64,000 nt of DNA from Eutreptiella sp. 'Long Island Sound 2002' (GCA_964036045.1 OZ038378.1:190216001-190280000); one strand, 5' to 3'. Counted from the stretch's first letter, positions 48,820-62,175 are shown. Numbers and translations: made by a program. The notes: generated by a model from the sequence alone, not told the origin.

Positions 48820-50837
48820 GTGTGCATGACCCGCATCCCCCTCCCAGAATGCCAGTCTCAGTCAAGCCCCCCCCCCCCCCCCTCCAAGGGCCCCTTCAGC
48901 TGCTGGCTGTTGGTTGACCAACGTGGACATAGATGTTGTATTTGGTCCTGTGGCGCTCCACCCCCCCACCCACCATATTACATTTGCCACCTTATTCGGG
49001 TTGGTGATCACCCTCCAAACTTCACCGTCTTGGGAATGACCGAATGTGAAGCATCACCGGCGCCGGCGTGGGATGGACACCAAGGGGCTGAAGCAGCACG
49101 TGTGACTAGAGGGGCAACGGTCCCACTCTCACCCATCACGAATACTCTTCCCCACCGTCTGGGAAGTAATGTAGACAATCTCTTCCTCAAAACTCAAACC
49201 AGCGTGTACACTCGGGCGTGTACACTCGAAAGTACCAACCGCAATTGGCACATGTCCTCAGCGTTTATTTTATGGCAACCCCCCCGTCAGGGGCCTGTTA
49301 CGGACAGATGGCGCATGGGGGGGGGGGAGGGGTGCCATAGCCCTTCCTGCGGACTGCTGTGACCCTCCTGCAGCCCCCTTCCCAGTGTTCCACTGAATAT
49401 CCAGTGCCTCCCTCTTAAGCGATTGGCCAATTTCCTCCGGGCCTTCGGCGCAATTTTTCACTGCGGCTGATTGTCCCCTGCAAATGCCGCTGCTTTTCTT
49501 GTCCTCTTGTGGGGCTTCATACTGCCGTTTCCCCTTTGTAGGGTTCGCAGAGGCGTGGGGACCCCCCGTAAACACAGTACCCGGGGGGGCTGGTGGTTGG
49601 AGCATCCCGGAGAGTCTGGAGGCAAAAGGTGTTTTTGACCCATTTTGGGCCTCGTCTGGGTCCCAAAACGGCCCATTTGTATGGCTTTTTGGCACACATG
49701 GGGGGGCCAATACTGGCCCTCCAAAACTAGAACCGCTGGAGGGGGGTGCCAACCCACCGACCCACCCACCCCACCCGCCACCCTCTTAAAGTGAAACTCT
49801 GCCCCTTCCCCTGTCTCCCCCCCTCCCCAGGCTTTTGCGCTGTGCATCGTACACCCCACCCCCAGAGGCCGCGGGGGGGGGGGGGTTGTCTGGAGCAGAA
49901 AAAGTCTGTGTTCCTCAATCGGGCCTCTCATTCTTGGCTCTCTATTTAAGTCCCATTTTCCCGGAGAGGAAAATTTTTCTTTTTGATTTCGGGTTGGCGA
50001 AGCCAATCCCTGCGGCCGGAACAGATGGCCAAGGCTACCACCTGCTGTCGCCTCGAGCGGAAGTGCGGTATCCTTACACCGCCTCCGGTCACCAATTCCT
50101 TCACCCCTGATACCCGGGGACCACAGCCATTGCCTCTTCCAAGGCAAACGCAGGGGGGCCGCCGGGCCCGGTCCGTGAACACAACCTCCTCCCCCCCCCC
50201 CCCTCCCCCCACACACTCAGGCCTGCGCTGGAACCAGGTGCACCTCCGCCCCCCCACCCCGCACCTCCCGGCAACAGTGACTGTCTCCAACCGGATCCTT
50301 CCAACTCCAACAGTGGCTGCAACGGTTTTGTAACACCCGCTTTCACCTCCCCAACCGCCTTCCCTACCGCCCCCAACCGGTTTTGGAGGCGTTTGCTGCA
50401 GTCCCCTATGCCCCCCCCCCCCTCTCCTCACAGCGCAGGGTTGCCCCCGCGTTCTTTTTTGAAAGTTGGTGCCCCTCTGGCGCCCAACAATGCGCACGCA
50501 GAAACAATTATCGGTGGCACCATCTGCCTCCCCCATTCTTCTCTCCGCCCCAATGCTGGTGTCTCAAATGGACCCGCGCGATGTGGCGAGCATTGCGAGG
50601 CACAATATGTGGCGATCCCCAGCACAATGCTGAAACCGCTGTGTGCCACTGATGAGCACCACTTTGTGATCCCCCCCCTCCCCCCGGTCCCCCTGTGAAA
50701 CGGCCCCACATCAGTCGTTCCGAGCACCCGTGGGCCGGAAGTGAGGCCTGTCGCCGCCAGCAGGGGCAGGGGTGTGTTGGGGGGCAAGCCTCTATTTAGT
50801 GGGGCGGATACCCCACAGGGAAGGAGGGTTGATACTT

Positions 50838-50930
50838 CTAAATGGTGAGCCCATGCCTTTAGATGATGAGCCCAAGCCATTTAATGGTGAGCCCATTCCG
50901 TTAAGTGGTGTGTCCATGCCTTTAAATGGG
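50838..50930 (+). repeat. 21-bp tandem repeat, about 4 copies
   Basis: tt(a)aatggtgagcccatgcc-type units. Confidence 0.75.
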
Positions 50931-51911
50931 GGGAACGGGGTGCCTGTTTCCCTTTTTTCAGATTGTGGGTGCCTCCCCCAGTACCCGCAACCCCTACCTC
51001 CGTGGGGTAGGGGTAGGCCAACAGGGGTTCATTTTTGTGTTTGGCAGCGTCCGAACTATACGTCACCTGTAACTGCCACTATATGGTCCAAGAATGGAGG
51101 GTGGCTCAGTGGTATATGGCACGGGCATGAGACCTGTGTTTTGGGTTGGATTCCCACAGTTTGCGGTAGTGAGTCATTTTGTTTCGTTTTTTTCTCGGCT
51201 CCTGATGTGTGTGGGTGGGCGCCTGCCTCCTGGGCTGGCCTGCGGAAAGTGCCTGCCTCCTCGTGGGCAAGCGACGAATTCATTTGTGTGGGCGGGGGGG
51301 GTCATTCGAGCCCGACAGATGGGAGAGGGGATCGGAGAAGGGGCCCTGGAGCCGAAGGCATGTCCTGACTCAGACAACCGCCTTGACACTGGACAGCGGT
51401 TGTGTCGAGACAATCTGTTCAGGAGTTTGTGGGAAACAGAACGCCAAATGATCAGCGCGTTGTGTGGGATCGTTTTGGCTGATCTATGTTCGATACCCCC
51501 TGCTGCCCCGAGCCCTCGTGACGTGCCCTGTCGGCGGTTCGGTACGGGCTACGGCCACAGGACTCTTTTTGAAGGCGGGGGAGGGGGGATCCGGAAAGTG
51601 GGCTCGAATAACCCCCCAAAAGAATTTTCCCCTTGCCCAGGATTCGCCCCTTCCCCCCAGCACTCAAAGAGGCTGGGGGCTGAACAATGAAGGCAACCAC
51701 CTCCGGATTGATTGATTTGGGGCTGTCTTTTCGTGGAAGACACCCTCTGCTTTGCGGTGCACCGGGCAGACTGAACGAGGCGTTCCTGAGTACCTGCGAA
51801 CCGTCAGTCTCCGGAAGTGTGTGCGAGTTTCACAATGTCGTCTGGCCGTCAGCCCCCCCCCCGCTGCACACCCGCATCCCCACCTGCCCCTTCCGGCGCC
51901 TCTGTCCTCAG

Positions 51912-52003
51912 GTCAATCGTCCGCAGACTTCTCGGAGAAGAACACCGACCCGAGGGGGATGGACACAACACCCCCAAGTGGACCAATGCAGCTCCCACAA
52001 AAG
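51912..52003 (+). CDS. RPTOR: Raptor linker exon u: (G)QSSADFSEKNTDPRGMDTTPPSGPMQLPQK
   Basis: cctcag| in phase 1; an in-frame join to exon v needs the GC donor AAG|gcatgg. Confidence 0.6.
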
Positions 52004-52988
52004 GCATGGTGCTCCCGCTTTGGGTGGAGGTCGAAGGGGAGCACATGCGCACGTGTACTGGAGCAGGCCTGTGCCTCTGGCCATATGCCATCTTCTGGCC
52101 AACTGCCAACCGCCAACTGCCAACTGCCAAGCCGTGTCTAGACATTCCTCATTTAGGGAGTATAAGAACATCCTGTCCCCTATGGAAACCCCTGGCCACA
52201 GGGGCCAGTGGGCCTGCTCTGCCACCACGTGCGTACCGCATGGGGTTGCCGTCAATATCCAGCAAACCAGGGCAAACAAGGGTTGTCACACAAGATGGAA
52301 AAATGGGGAAGAAGATCGTTGCCAATGTGACTGCTATTTCGGCCCCAGAGTCCCATAGATTTCCAGTTTCCATTGCATGGGAAGGCCGAGATTTGCTTAA
52401 CAGGACGATCCCCCAAAAGGGAAAATGGTTCTGCTTGGGCTTGCCCCCACAGGGCAAGGTGAGGCTGCAGCTATCAACGAGGGGAGGGGCGGGGGGGGGG
52501 GGGTGCTCCGGAGGCTAACACCCACCCCCAATGCTTCAAAGCGGGGGACGGAATCACAAGTGGCCCACAAGTCGGCCAGCATGGTATAACACTGCCGCTG
52601 CCAAAGGGGGTCCCGAACGGTTCGGACAGGGGATGGAATCAGAGGGGGCCCACAAGTGGGCCGAAGGGCTCACCCAACATTGAGCCATCTTGAAAGGGAT
52701 TAGCAACCAAGGTTCCTGGGCAGGCCCCCACCTGGGTTATGCATCCCAGCCCCACCTCCGGGCATGCGCGCGTACACACACATACGATAAACACGACAAA
52801 ACAGGCAGCAGGAAAGGCCTGAGTGCACAAATCTCGTCAGGTGCAGCAGTCCAACATGGTGTCACAACGCGGCACTACGCGCCTCTGTGGGTGGCAGGGG
52901 CACAAAGCGGTGGTCCAGTCAGGGCAGGATGTAGGTTAGGCGTCAGAATACATCGTATGAGAGCCCCCGCCATGAGCACACACACACA

Positions 52989-53480
52989 TAGGATCCCCGG
53001 CTCACTCAACCGGGCTAAGCGTAGGTCTCGCAACCGTAAGGTCGTGGGTTCGATCCCCGGAGCGGGCATGTCTGGAGGCGGGCGGCGGCAGCCGTGCGTC
53101 AAGGGCATCCTTTCTGGGGAAATCGCCAAATGAGTAGGCCGTGGAGGCCGCCTCGCTGCCGCGAGCACCACCAGCTGTGGAAGCCCCAATACACATACAA
53201 CACACGGGGCAACATGGCGATGACGGGCTCGTCGAACTCATGCCGTGGATCTGGCCCGGCGGAAGCCACGGAGCCACCACCCCACTTCCAGGGTGGTCCT
53301 GGGGCAGCGAGCCAGGTTCTGGCCCAAGTGCATATCGCACTGGTCGAGGGGTAACACAGGGACGCACTCACACCCCTGGCCTGCACCGTGGGCCTGCTAT
53401 GATGGGGTAAGCGACCCGACCCGAGGACGCCAGTGTGGCCTATACGGGCTCAACCGGGAGACCTGGTAAAAATGGTACAA
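52989..53480 (+). mobile_element. tRNA-derived SINE (492 bp) with 18-bp TSD
   Basis: tRNA-like head at 52995-53068 with B box ggttcgatcc; catgagcacacacacaca at 52971-52988 and 53481-53498. Confidence 0.8.
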
Positions 53481-54004
53481 CATGAGCACACACACACACA
53501 CACACACATACACACACACGCACCATGCACAAGTGAAAGGTGAGATGGCATGCTGCCACACACATGCCGAGAAGACGACAGTATACAATTATACACACAG
53601 TCCAACGACACTATATAAGCTGGTGCGCCCAACCCACATGGGGGGCACGAAAACATGTTTCCTGAAGCCTGTTCGCTGCCAGATTCAAAGAGGGTTAAGC
53701 CAGCTCGACCCTCTTTGAATCTGGCTTTAGAGGTCATGCTAACAGTGGCCCCTCGCGTTGCTCAGGAGAGATTATTTGCAACCCTCACCCTATTCCCCTC
53801 AATAATGTGTGCAAATTCACCCCCAAGGGGCCTTGCGGCACTAGGACGGCCTTAGGGGTCCTTCCGGGGGGGGGTGGGGGGGTGAGAGTTCACATATGCT
53901 ATAGTTATATCCTGTCGTTGTGGTGTTTGCACGGTGATGTACTGACAGCTGGTCACTGGTTCTGGGAGTTGGCCGCTGTATCGCCGGTGCTTTGTCAAAT
54001 GTGT

Positions 54005-54400
54005 TTGTCAACGCCAAGCATTTGTGGTATGTGCGGAGGATAACCATGGTTGTAGACCACTTGTTGCACATTGTTTGGATCAGATTGTGGATGCCCAACA
54101 ACACACCTCACGTCATATGATTTGGGACAAATTTGGTCCTTCAAGAATGTTGGGACGTTTAAGGATTTGGAGGTTGGGTGCCACGACAATGTGTTTAAGG
54201 GCCAATTGTACTCACACACTCCTTTTATTGGCTGTTAGGTGCTTACCAAGACCGAAAAGCAGTACAATGATTGGCATGGCTTTTATCATGCCCATGTGGA
54301 GCACATGTTCGCCTGTCTTGGCATCAGAAATTTATTTCTTGATGTTGGGATTCATCTTCTTGGGCATGCTACCACAAATTCTTTTTCTTTTCACACAGTT
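54005..54400 (+). pseudogene. PIF/Harbinger-like (DDE_Tnp_4) transposase remnant
   Basis: HTPFIGC*VLTKTEKQYNDWHGFYHAHVEHMFACLGIR fits the TPY...LT..E..FN..H...R..VE..F..L motif. Confidence 0.6.
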
Positions 54401-55091
54401 TGAGGTGCGAAGGCAAAAGGTTATTCGGCTTTATGGCCCCCATGAGAACGTTTTCTTGTATCTAATTGATGCAAAGATGATGCTCGCCTTTGGAATTTGA
54501 TGGCAATGATATTTTTCGGTGTTATTTGTGCAGACAAAAGCACGCTTGTGAGTGTTCCATGTGCCATCTTGCTTGCGCAACAGTTGCATGGTTGATCACT
54601 CATGTGCTCTTCAAGACGGGGGGGGGGGGCAGTTCTGAACACGAAGACATAGGGTGGGTTTTGATCCCCCTTCTCTCTGTGCCGCTTGCATGTCCCGTGC
54701 AAAACCCGACCATAGTCTGCTATTGGACCTCCTGGGGCCAGCGAACATAATCATCACAAAACATATTTCCGCCTTTATTGACCGGCATTTGCTGTCGGTT
54801 AACTGCCAGCTGCCTCTTCCTCGATTCCGGGTTTCAAAAACATTTTTAAGGTTTTAATGGTTGCAATCCCCTATGTTTTCACAAATTGCAAAGAAGCCGT
54901 TCCTGTTTGCAAAGCTGTGCCATCTTGTTTAACTTGTATCTCCAATTCACAACACCAGAGGGCGTGCTGAATCGGGGGGGGGGGGTTCCTTATAGTTGGG
55001 GTTGGGCGTTTTTGTTGGGGGGTGGTACGAGTCAGCCCACAGGGGCTGTCGGGGAGGGATTTCTAGCCCTGCAAATGCCTGTTGTACGCAG

Positions 55092-55176
55092 GCCTCCTTC
55101 TGCAAACTCTCTGGATCCGTGCTCGTGGACTCGGATGAAGAGGATGCAGTTCGCAGCCGCTGGGGTCCGCTCGAAG
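55092..55176 (+). CDS. RPTOR: Raptor linker exon v: ASFCKLSGSVLVDSDEEDAVRSRWGPLE
   Basis: acgcag| ... G|gtatgc; phase 1 fits exon w. Confidence 0.7.
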
Positions 55177-56839
55177 GTATGCAACTCGGGAGACCGACCG
55201 TGTATGCTGTCCTTGTTTTGTTTAAGCGTGCATGTGTGTGTATGTGGGTGTGGGTGTGGGGGTGGGGGTGGGTGTGGGTGTGTATGTGTGTGCAGGCCTG
55301 TGGTTCAGCCATACCACAGGCTGAAAGAGATGGTCTTCCTGGGCGACATTGCCCGGCTGGTGTGTTTGCACGCCTGTCTCCTGTCTCCCAGTCTCCTCGT
55401 CTGCCCACTCTGCACAACAGAAAGGCGCCTGGCCATTTCTGACCGCATGTTGTGCCTGGCCCGAAGTTCAACCTCCAGTGCCCAGTGTGCACTGGTGCTT
55501 TCGACCTCAGGGTGCGTGTGGCTTTGGCTGCTCTCATAGTGTGTGTGTGTGTGTGCATGCGTGCGTGCGGAGTCTTTCAAGCCCCCCCCCCCCCCGTGTC
55601 ATGCTCCTGTCGATGCTGGTGCCCTCCTAACTGCTCAACTCAGGCCGCCCACTGAGCAGAAGAGGCGTTACATGCTGCTTCGCAGCCCCCGGGTTCCTTT
55701 TAACAACTCGGCAACCCAAGGAACACGCGCTACCTGTGGAGGTGCACACTACACCCGCAGAAACCATGAAGTTGCGCGCAAGGCCCACGTGCACCATGCG
55801 CAGAGATGGAGTAATTGGGCCTCACGCATGTGGCAGCGCAGGGAGGCATGTGGTGGACGACCTGGATGCCAAGGGGAGTGGGCAGCAAAAACCGTAAAAC
55901 AACCCCCGCAACCCCCAGTGCGATAACTGCTGGGCTCCGCTAACGCAGAAACGACACCACAAGGAACACAGACCGCAGCGGCCGTCAGAACGCAACAACC
56001 CGACACAGCGACACGCGAAGGGAAGAACAAGTGACTGTCCAGGGCCCTGTAAAGAAACTGCAACCCGACAGAATGTCACACAGGGGGGGGGGGGGGTTCG
56101 CTGGGATCCCACGCCACACCCCCCCTCCCAGACCCCCCAAAAGATTGGGCCAAGTTTTTGCTTCAGCGCCTTCGGCACAATTGATCCATGTAATTGCCTG
56201 CTTTGTACTCTATACTGCATTCCTTGTTCTGCGGTTGTTACCTCCATCTGTCTGTTGCATTTTGGGTGGGTCCCTGTACTACAGCTATGGCATCCCTGTT
56301 CATGCAGTGGAGGAAGCCTGCAACTTCCCTTCCATGGTCAAGGTTGGATGCTCCAATCGCAAGCGTGTAATGGACAGTTTGAAGGAATGGTGTCGGCGCT
56401 GCGGCATGTTCACATCCCTTCGGGGAGATGCCATTGCATCATATGGCTAAAGCTGCGAACTTTTCGCCCTGAGAGATTTTTTCGAAAAAGCATTGGAGCG
56501 CCCCCATTGTGGAATTCAGTATGGCAATTGTTGTTTGCTGGTGATCTTGTTTTTCATGTTGGCACTCACGATTTCACCAAAAATTCGTTTTGGCACCTCT
56601 AAAAACTCGGCAACCAAAGGGGGTGGGGGGGGGGGGGCAGACCCACCCACCCACCCACACTGGACCCCCTCTCCCCCTGCCCTCCCCTAAAAGGAACCCT
56701 GCGGAGCCCCACCCTCAGTAAAATGGGGGTCCGGTGCATCCCTCAGCCCCTGGAACAGGAGTCCTGGACCTGCCCCAGGATGGGAGTCCCTGAAAGGGGC
56801 TAGTCACAGGTGGCTTCCCCTTGGCACTCATGCCACTCG

Positions 56840-57378
<539 letters not shown>

Positions 57379-57489
57379 GTATATGTCTGTGTTTACGAGC
57401 GCATGTGTGGATGGGTGGTGAGCGGTGGGTACTGGACGACATAATTTTGTGTTGCTGTGAGGGAGTCGTGTGGGATGTGCTACTTGCAG

Positions 57490-57566
57490 GACCACCGCCG
57501 TCCCAGTTCTTCGAGAACAACGTCAACTACTTCGTCACTCCGCTACTGCGATGTAACAATTCGCAG
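57490..57566 (+). CDS. RPTOR: Raptor exon w: (G)PPPSQFFENNVNYFVTPLLRCNNSQ
   Basis: ttgcag| ... |gtatgc; resembles the conserved FCDWSARYFAQPVM pre-WD40 motif. Confidence 0.85.
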
Positions 57567-57849
57567 GTATGCCGCCTTGCGTTGCTACCGCAGCAGTTGT
57601 CAACGTGTCGCTGAGTGCTCGCTCCAGCCCTGGGAACGCGGGATCGGGGGGTTGGGGGGAAGTTTGGGGGATGGAAGGAGGGAAGCAGGCAGGCAGGCAG
57701 GCAGGTGATAAGAGAGACACACATCGCTCACTCCCTGCACCTCAGGTACAGGGTTCTTGAGGATTATGAGTGTTGCCATTTCTCATTTATGCTCAGATCC
57801 CCTCAGCAGCCCTTGATGATCGAACGACGCTTCAACCTCTCCAATCCTT

Positions 57850-57940
57850 TACCACCACCACCACTACCACCACCACCACTACCACTACCACTACCACAAC
57901 AACAACAACAACAACAACAACATCATCATCATCAGCAGCA
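57850..57940. repeat. Compound trinucleotide microsatellite (ACC/ACT)n(ACA)n(TCA)n
   Basis: Directly visible. Confidence 0.9.
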
Positions 57941-58227
57941 AACCGCAGCCTCAAGCCCCACCGCAAGCAGCCCCCAGCGTTACCAATATCAAGGCCAACC
58001 TCACACAGCACCAGGGGAATTTAAGAGGCCTGCCAAGGGGGAACAGTGGGAGGGATTCAGACACAACCGCGTTTGATGCGTCCCAAGTATCCCCACCCGA
58101 CAATTTGGTTTCTGCTGGGCATTGCACAACGGATTTTATGTGGTATCGTACCGTTATCAGTGGTTGTGGTCGGTGTGCCTTGGTGCCGACGCCTGCTTGC
58201 TCGAAACTCCATGCTTTTGTGGTGCAG

Positions 58228-58313
58228 GACATCTCTGGGCGTCATCAGCTGAGTTCCAATTGGAAAATCAGTCGCAATGAACGACAGATTGTGGATGCTT
58301 TAGCAGGGGGCAG
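58228..58313 (+). CDS. RPTOR: Raptor exon x: DISGRHQLSSNWKISRNERQIVDALAGG
   Basis: gtgcag| ... AG|gtatgt; WKISRN corresponds to WRFLRN. Confidence 0.85.
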
Positions 58314-59893
58314 GTATGTGTGAGGGAGCCTCGCAGCGTGGCGGGGTGATTGAGAGTGTTTGAGGGGCTGTGGCAGCTGCAATCAGGGGCAATCGGAGGC
58401 TCAATTTGGAACATTTGGTTTTGTGAATCAGAGTGCAGTTATTGATTTTGTGCAGAGGGTTTGTACAAAATGGAACTGTACTTTTTCAGAATGGGAACCC
58501 AACGCGCCCATTGTTAGGATTTGCCCGCGCCTGCCCATCATCCATCATTGCCCTCTTCATTTGCCGTGCCTCCCAGCCTGATTTATGCAGCAGTTTTGCC
58601 CACCCCTGTTGTGCTGCTGATAGCAGCAACATCCAGAGGCCTCCAGAAATTGACAACAACGGTCCAGGAGCCTAGAGGAAATGACAGCAATCATCCAGAA
58701 GCCCCAACCGTTCACTGCATGAGTGAAAGGGATTTTCAGAATTCGTAAATTCCAGTATCCTGTGTTTTTCAATTGCTTGATGGCCATCGCGTGGAATCCG
58801 GATGCCACAATAAGATCAGTCAGAATACATTTGACATGTAGCCAGTGGGCATGGAGTAACAATTCCTGTACCAATCCAAAAGCTTGATCCAAACTGCCCG
58901 CACATGTTTTGCACTCTGCGCATTTGGGGCATTGCACAACCAGGCATGCCTGGCATTACAGGGGGCAGGCACTCCTGTGAAAACAAAGAACCCATGTCAA
59001 CACTTTAACATAACGTATAACGCACAGAATTAAACGCCCGATTTTTCAGGAATTGTGCACAATGAAACGCAGCACAGTTTTGCCGATTTGGCTTTTCCCC
59101 TGCCAACCCCCCCCCCCCCCGCACCAATGTGGGACGTGGAACGCCAACTGCTTTAGTTCGACGGCTAACCAAGCGGTGTCTGACAGGCACTCTCAGTGTT
59201 GTGCACGGTGCGCACACGCTGCGGTGTGCCATACAACCAATCTCCGCACTAGAAACCCGCCCCCCTCATAACCCGCACGTACCCAACGGAGGCCGCTGGG
59301 CTAACTGATGGTTGTCAGTGGTTGGTTGAGGTTGGCTTGAGTGAGGCTGCTGACTGAGCAACGCACACTCCACATTGATAATGACAGCCGCATTGGGCCC
59401 CGAAAGGTTTGTATGACCTCAAGGCCAATATGGAGAAGGCGGACGCCTTTGTGACACGTTTCTGCGAAGATGTGGCCGTGCAGCTTCCGATTTCAGGGTA
59501 TCCCAAGGACTACAATAAACCAACCACAACCCTTCGGCGCCTTCTCGTTTCTTCATTCCATGCACACCCGATCCCCATGCCAAGCCAAGGTGCACACAGT
59601 TGGTTCTGGTGATTGCGCAATCACAGTGTAAACGCCCCCCCTCCCCCTCTCCCATCGGAGGCAAGTAAAGTGTGCTCAGCGCAGACTGGCAGTGCTTTTC
59701 GTACAGAACTAAAAATGCCAAAACCATTACTATAGAACTGTAAGCAACACGTTGGAGCTGGGGAGGCACGGGGGGCCTGCCGCTGATGTGGGCTGTGGGC
59801 TATTGTGGGGGGCAACGGCGACTTTGTGTCATCGTCTTTTGATGTGCGCTTGCAGTGGGTCGTTGGAGATGTACCCACGGGCTTTGGCTGCAG

Positions 59894-59958
59894 GTGGAAG
59901 GACGTGGAGAACAAGAAGATCGAGGACAACGCGGGACTGCTCACAGAGAGCACGAGCG
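59894..59958 (+). CDS. RPTOR: Raptor exon y: (R)WKDVENKKIEDNAGLLTESTS
   Basis: ctgcag| ... G|gtgtgt; phases 2 and 1 fit neighbours; KIEDN resembles RLDDQ. Confidence 0.8.
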
Positions 59959-60152
59959 GTGTGTCGTGGAGTGTTGGGCCATGCGTTGTGGAAGGGGGGG
60001 GGGGGTTGGCGTGCGTGCGTGCGTGCGTGTCTGTATATGTCTGTGTCCTGTGGCCCCTGGGGCTGGGCATGCGTTGGCAGATTGATACTGTACATATTGG
60101 GTATTGGAGGGTTGGGGTATGTTTTGGCGCTGCGCATGTCGGTAGACCAGGG

Positions 60153-60193
<41 letters not shown>

Positions 60194-61743
60194 CGTGCGT
60201 GTGTGCCAGTAGGGGCCATGCTCATTGAAGGGCCTCGGTGGTGTGTGTCAGCGAGTCGGGGCCATGCCGGAGTCCGGATTGGGGGCGGTTGGATAAGATA
60301 GGCCTGTGCAGGGGCGTGATTTATGGCCAGACTATCCCTGTTTTCGGAGGTGCCCGAAATGTGCCAGATCGCCCATTATGCGCACGTTGGACCACTTCTG
60401 ATCCTCCAAAGGTTTTGTTGCAAAAAGCAAACGATGAGCCGTTCGATTAGCAGTAGAGTTGGTGTTTAGATTTCATGGGCTGAGATTTTCGCTCAAAGGG
60501 TGGTGGGCATTTTGGGGCGGACGGCGGGGCGCATGTCGCGATTTTGACGCCTCCACACTCCTTGGGTGCGAGATGGTGCGGGTCATGTGGCCATTTGGGC
60601 TCCTCCCGCGCTCTGAAAAACCCAGGACTGCAAGAGCCACGTGGCCATACTCATCACTCACCACAAGGGACTGGAAGCGGCAGGGTTCATGGGTGATGTA
60701 GCCAATCAGAGGTCGGCACAAAGCGGGCAGACCTCTACACTCCTTTGAGGACGGCACCCAGCTCTGCCTGGGAGGCCCCAACCAGCGCAATGGCGTCCAC
60801 ATGCATGACAACTTAGGTATTGGAAATTCCTGCGAGATAGAGATAGAGGCTTTATGCTCATCACTCCCTCCAGAGCAGGCTGCGGTGTCTCGGTGGACAT
60901 TCAGCAAGTCCTGCAGGTCCCATGGGTGGGCACATTGGTTCCCTCGTTCCCCTCCGTAGGCCCCTGTGCCCACACTTTGGCACTCCGTTGAAGATTGCCC
61001 ATGAGATGTGTGCCTTCTGGATGTGCGCGGACGGGTTTGGTGTGTGTGTGTGTGTGTGTGTGTGTTTGGTGAGTTGGGGCTGTGTGTTGCCGAGTTGAGT
61101 GCGTATGCGTCAGCCAGGTGGGGCTTTATGTGCCGGCCATTGGGGGTTATATGTGTTGGTGAGGTGGACGTGTATGTGTGGCGAGTTGGGGGTGACACCA
61201 TTCGAAGGAGGGAGACCGGTACAGGCTTTTGAGAGGGTTAGGGTTGACGACAGGGGCCGTTTCATGGCTCGCACGAAAGCCGGCTGTGGCTGACCGTCCT
61301 TACTGTGCCTGCCGCGCTCAGAACCTTCTGGCCTGTGTGCTCAGGTGACTTCCAGGGTTCTGTGCCCATGCATTCGCATGCCTGCATGTGGTCGCTTGGC
61401 CGACTGGCCTCCTCCTCCTGCGTCAGGGGGTGTCCCGCGCCCGCTTGCCATGGTCGTGGCTTGCTTGGTATGTGTGGCGAGTTGGGGATGTATCATCCAA
61501 ATGGCTCCATAGCCCCTGCCGTCTCGGAGCCTGCAAAGTGGGGGAGGCAACCCGTGGGTTGACAACCTCCACAGTCTCGCGGTCCGTGGTGTGGGGAGTA
61601 TCTAACGTGGCTACATGACCCATGCTGTCTCAAAGCCCCAGAAACGAGGTTTCCAAAAGGCTTCATTACCCCTGCCATGTCGAGGTCCCACTGAGCGGAG
61701 GGGGGGGGGGGGGGGCAAACAATGGCTACATGATCTTTGCCAT

Positions 61744-62003
61744 TGGGAACGCCTCCTGCATGCCGCAGGCGCTGCAGGGTAATTAGCTATGGGATAATTA
61801 GCACTGCATTGACTTTCCTCAATTTTGGGTGAAGGAAGTGGGTCAAACGGGCACAATGGCGAGGCACAATACTCAAAACGGACAAAAATGTTGCGATAAG
61901 CACTCCCTATTCAAAAGTGCGGTTCACAAATGGAACAATGTCTCCTGCTCCATGGGAATTATCCACATTGCGCGCTGCAGGCGCCGTAGGATTAGCGTTC
62001 CCA
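61744..62003 (-). mobile_element. MITE with TGGGAACGC termini; unexpanded relative of the element carrying the 15-bp satellite
   Basis: Ends tgggaacgc / gcgttccca; reverse complement aligns with 35620-35800 and 36570-36608. Confidence 0.7.
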
Positions 62004-62112
62004 CCGTGCTCACACTCACTCTGCTGTTTGAAGCTCAGTCTCGTGAGGAAGTGAAAGGCGGTGTGTACGAGGCTCCCCTCCGTCTAGCCCCTCGTGTGCC
62101 CCGGTTCTGCAG

Positions 62113-62175
62113 GCGTCAAGACGATGATGTTCCACCCGTTCAATCCATTGTTGATTTCTTCCGACAATTACGACG
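62113..62175 (+). CDS. RPTOR: Raptor exon z: (G)VKTMMFHPFNPLLISSDNYD (first WD40 blade)
   Basis: ctgcag| ... G|gtacgt; matches VVKFHPFTPCIAVAD. Confidence 0.92.

Noticed and set aside
52995-53068. Functional tRNA gene (CGC in the anticodon position)
   Set aside because: Acceptor, anticodon and T stems have several mismatches, and the sequence is the head of a TSD-flanked insertion.
55305-55372. Possible exon PYHRLKEMVFLGDIARL
   Set aside because: The available acceptors do not give the phase 1 required after exon v in that frame, and v joins w directly.
57770-58076. PolyP/polyQ/polyH or polyT ORF as an extra Raptor exon
   Set aside because: It is a trinucleotide microsatellite. The phase-0 frame hits a stop at 58022, and exons w and x already join in frame.
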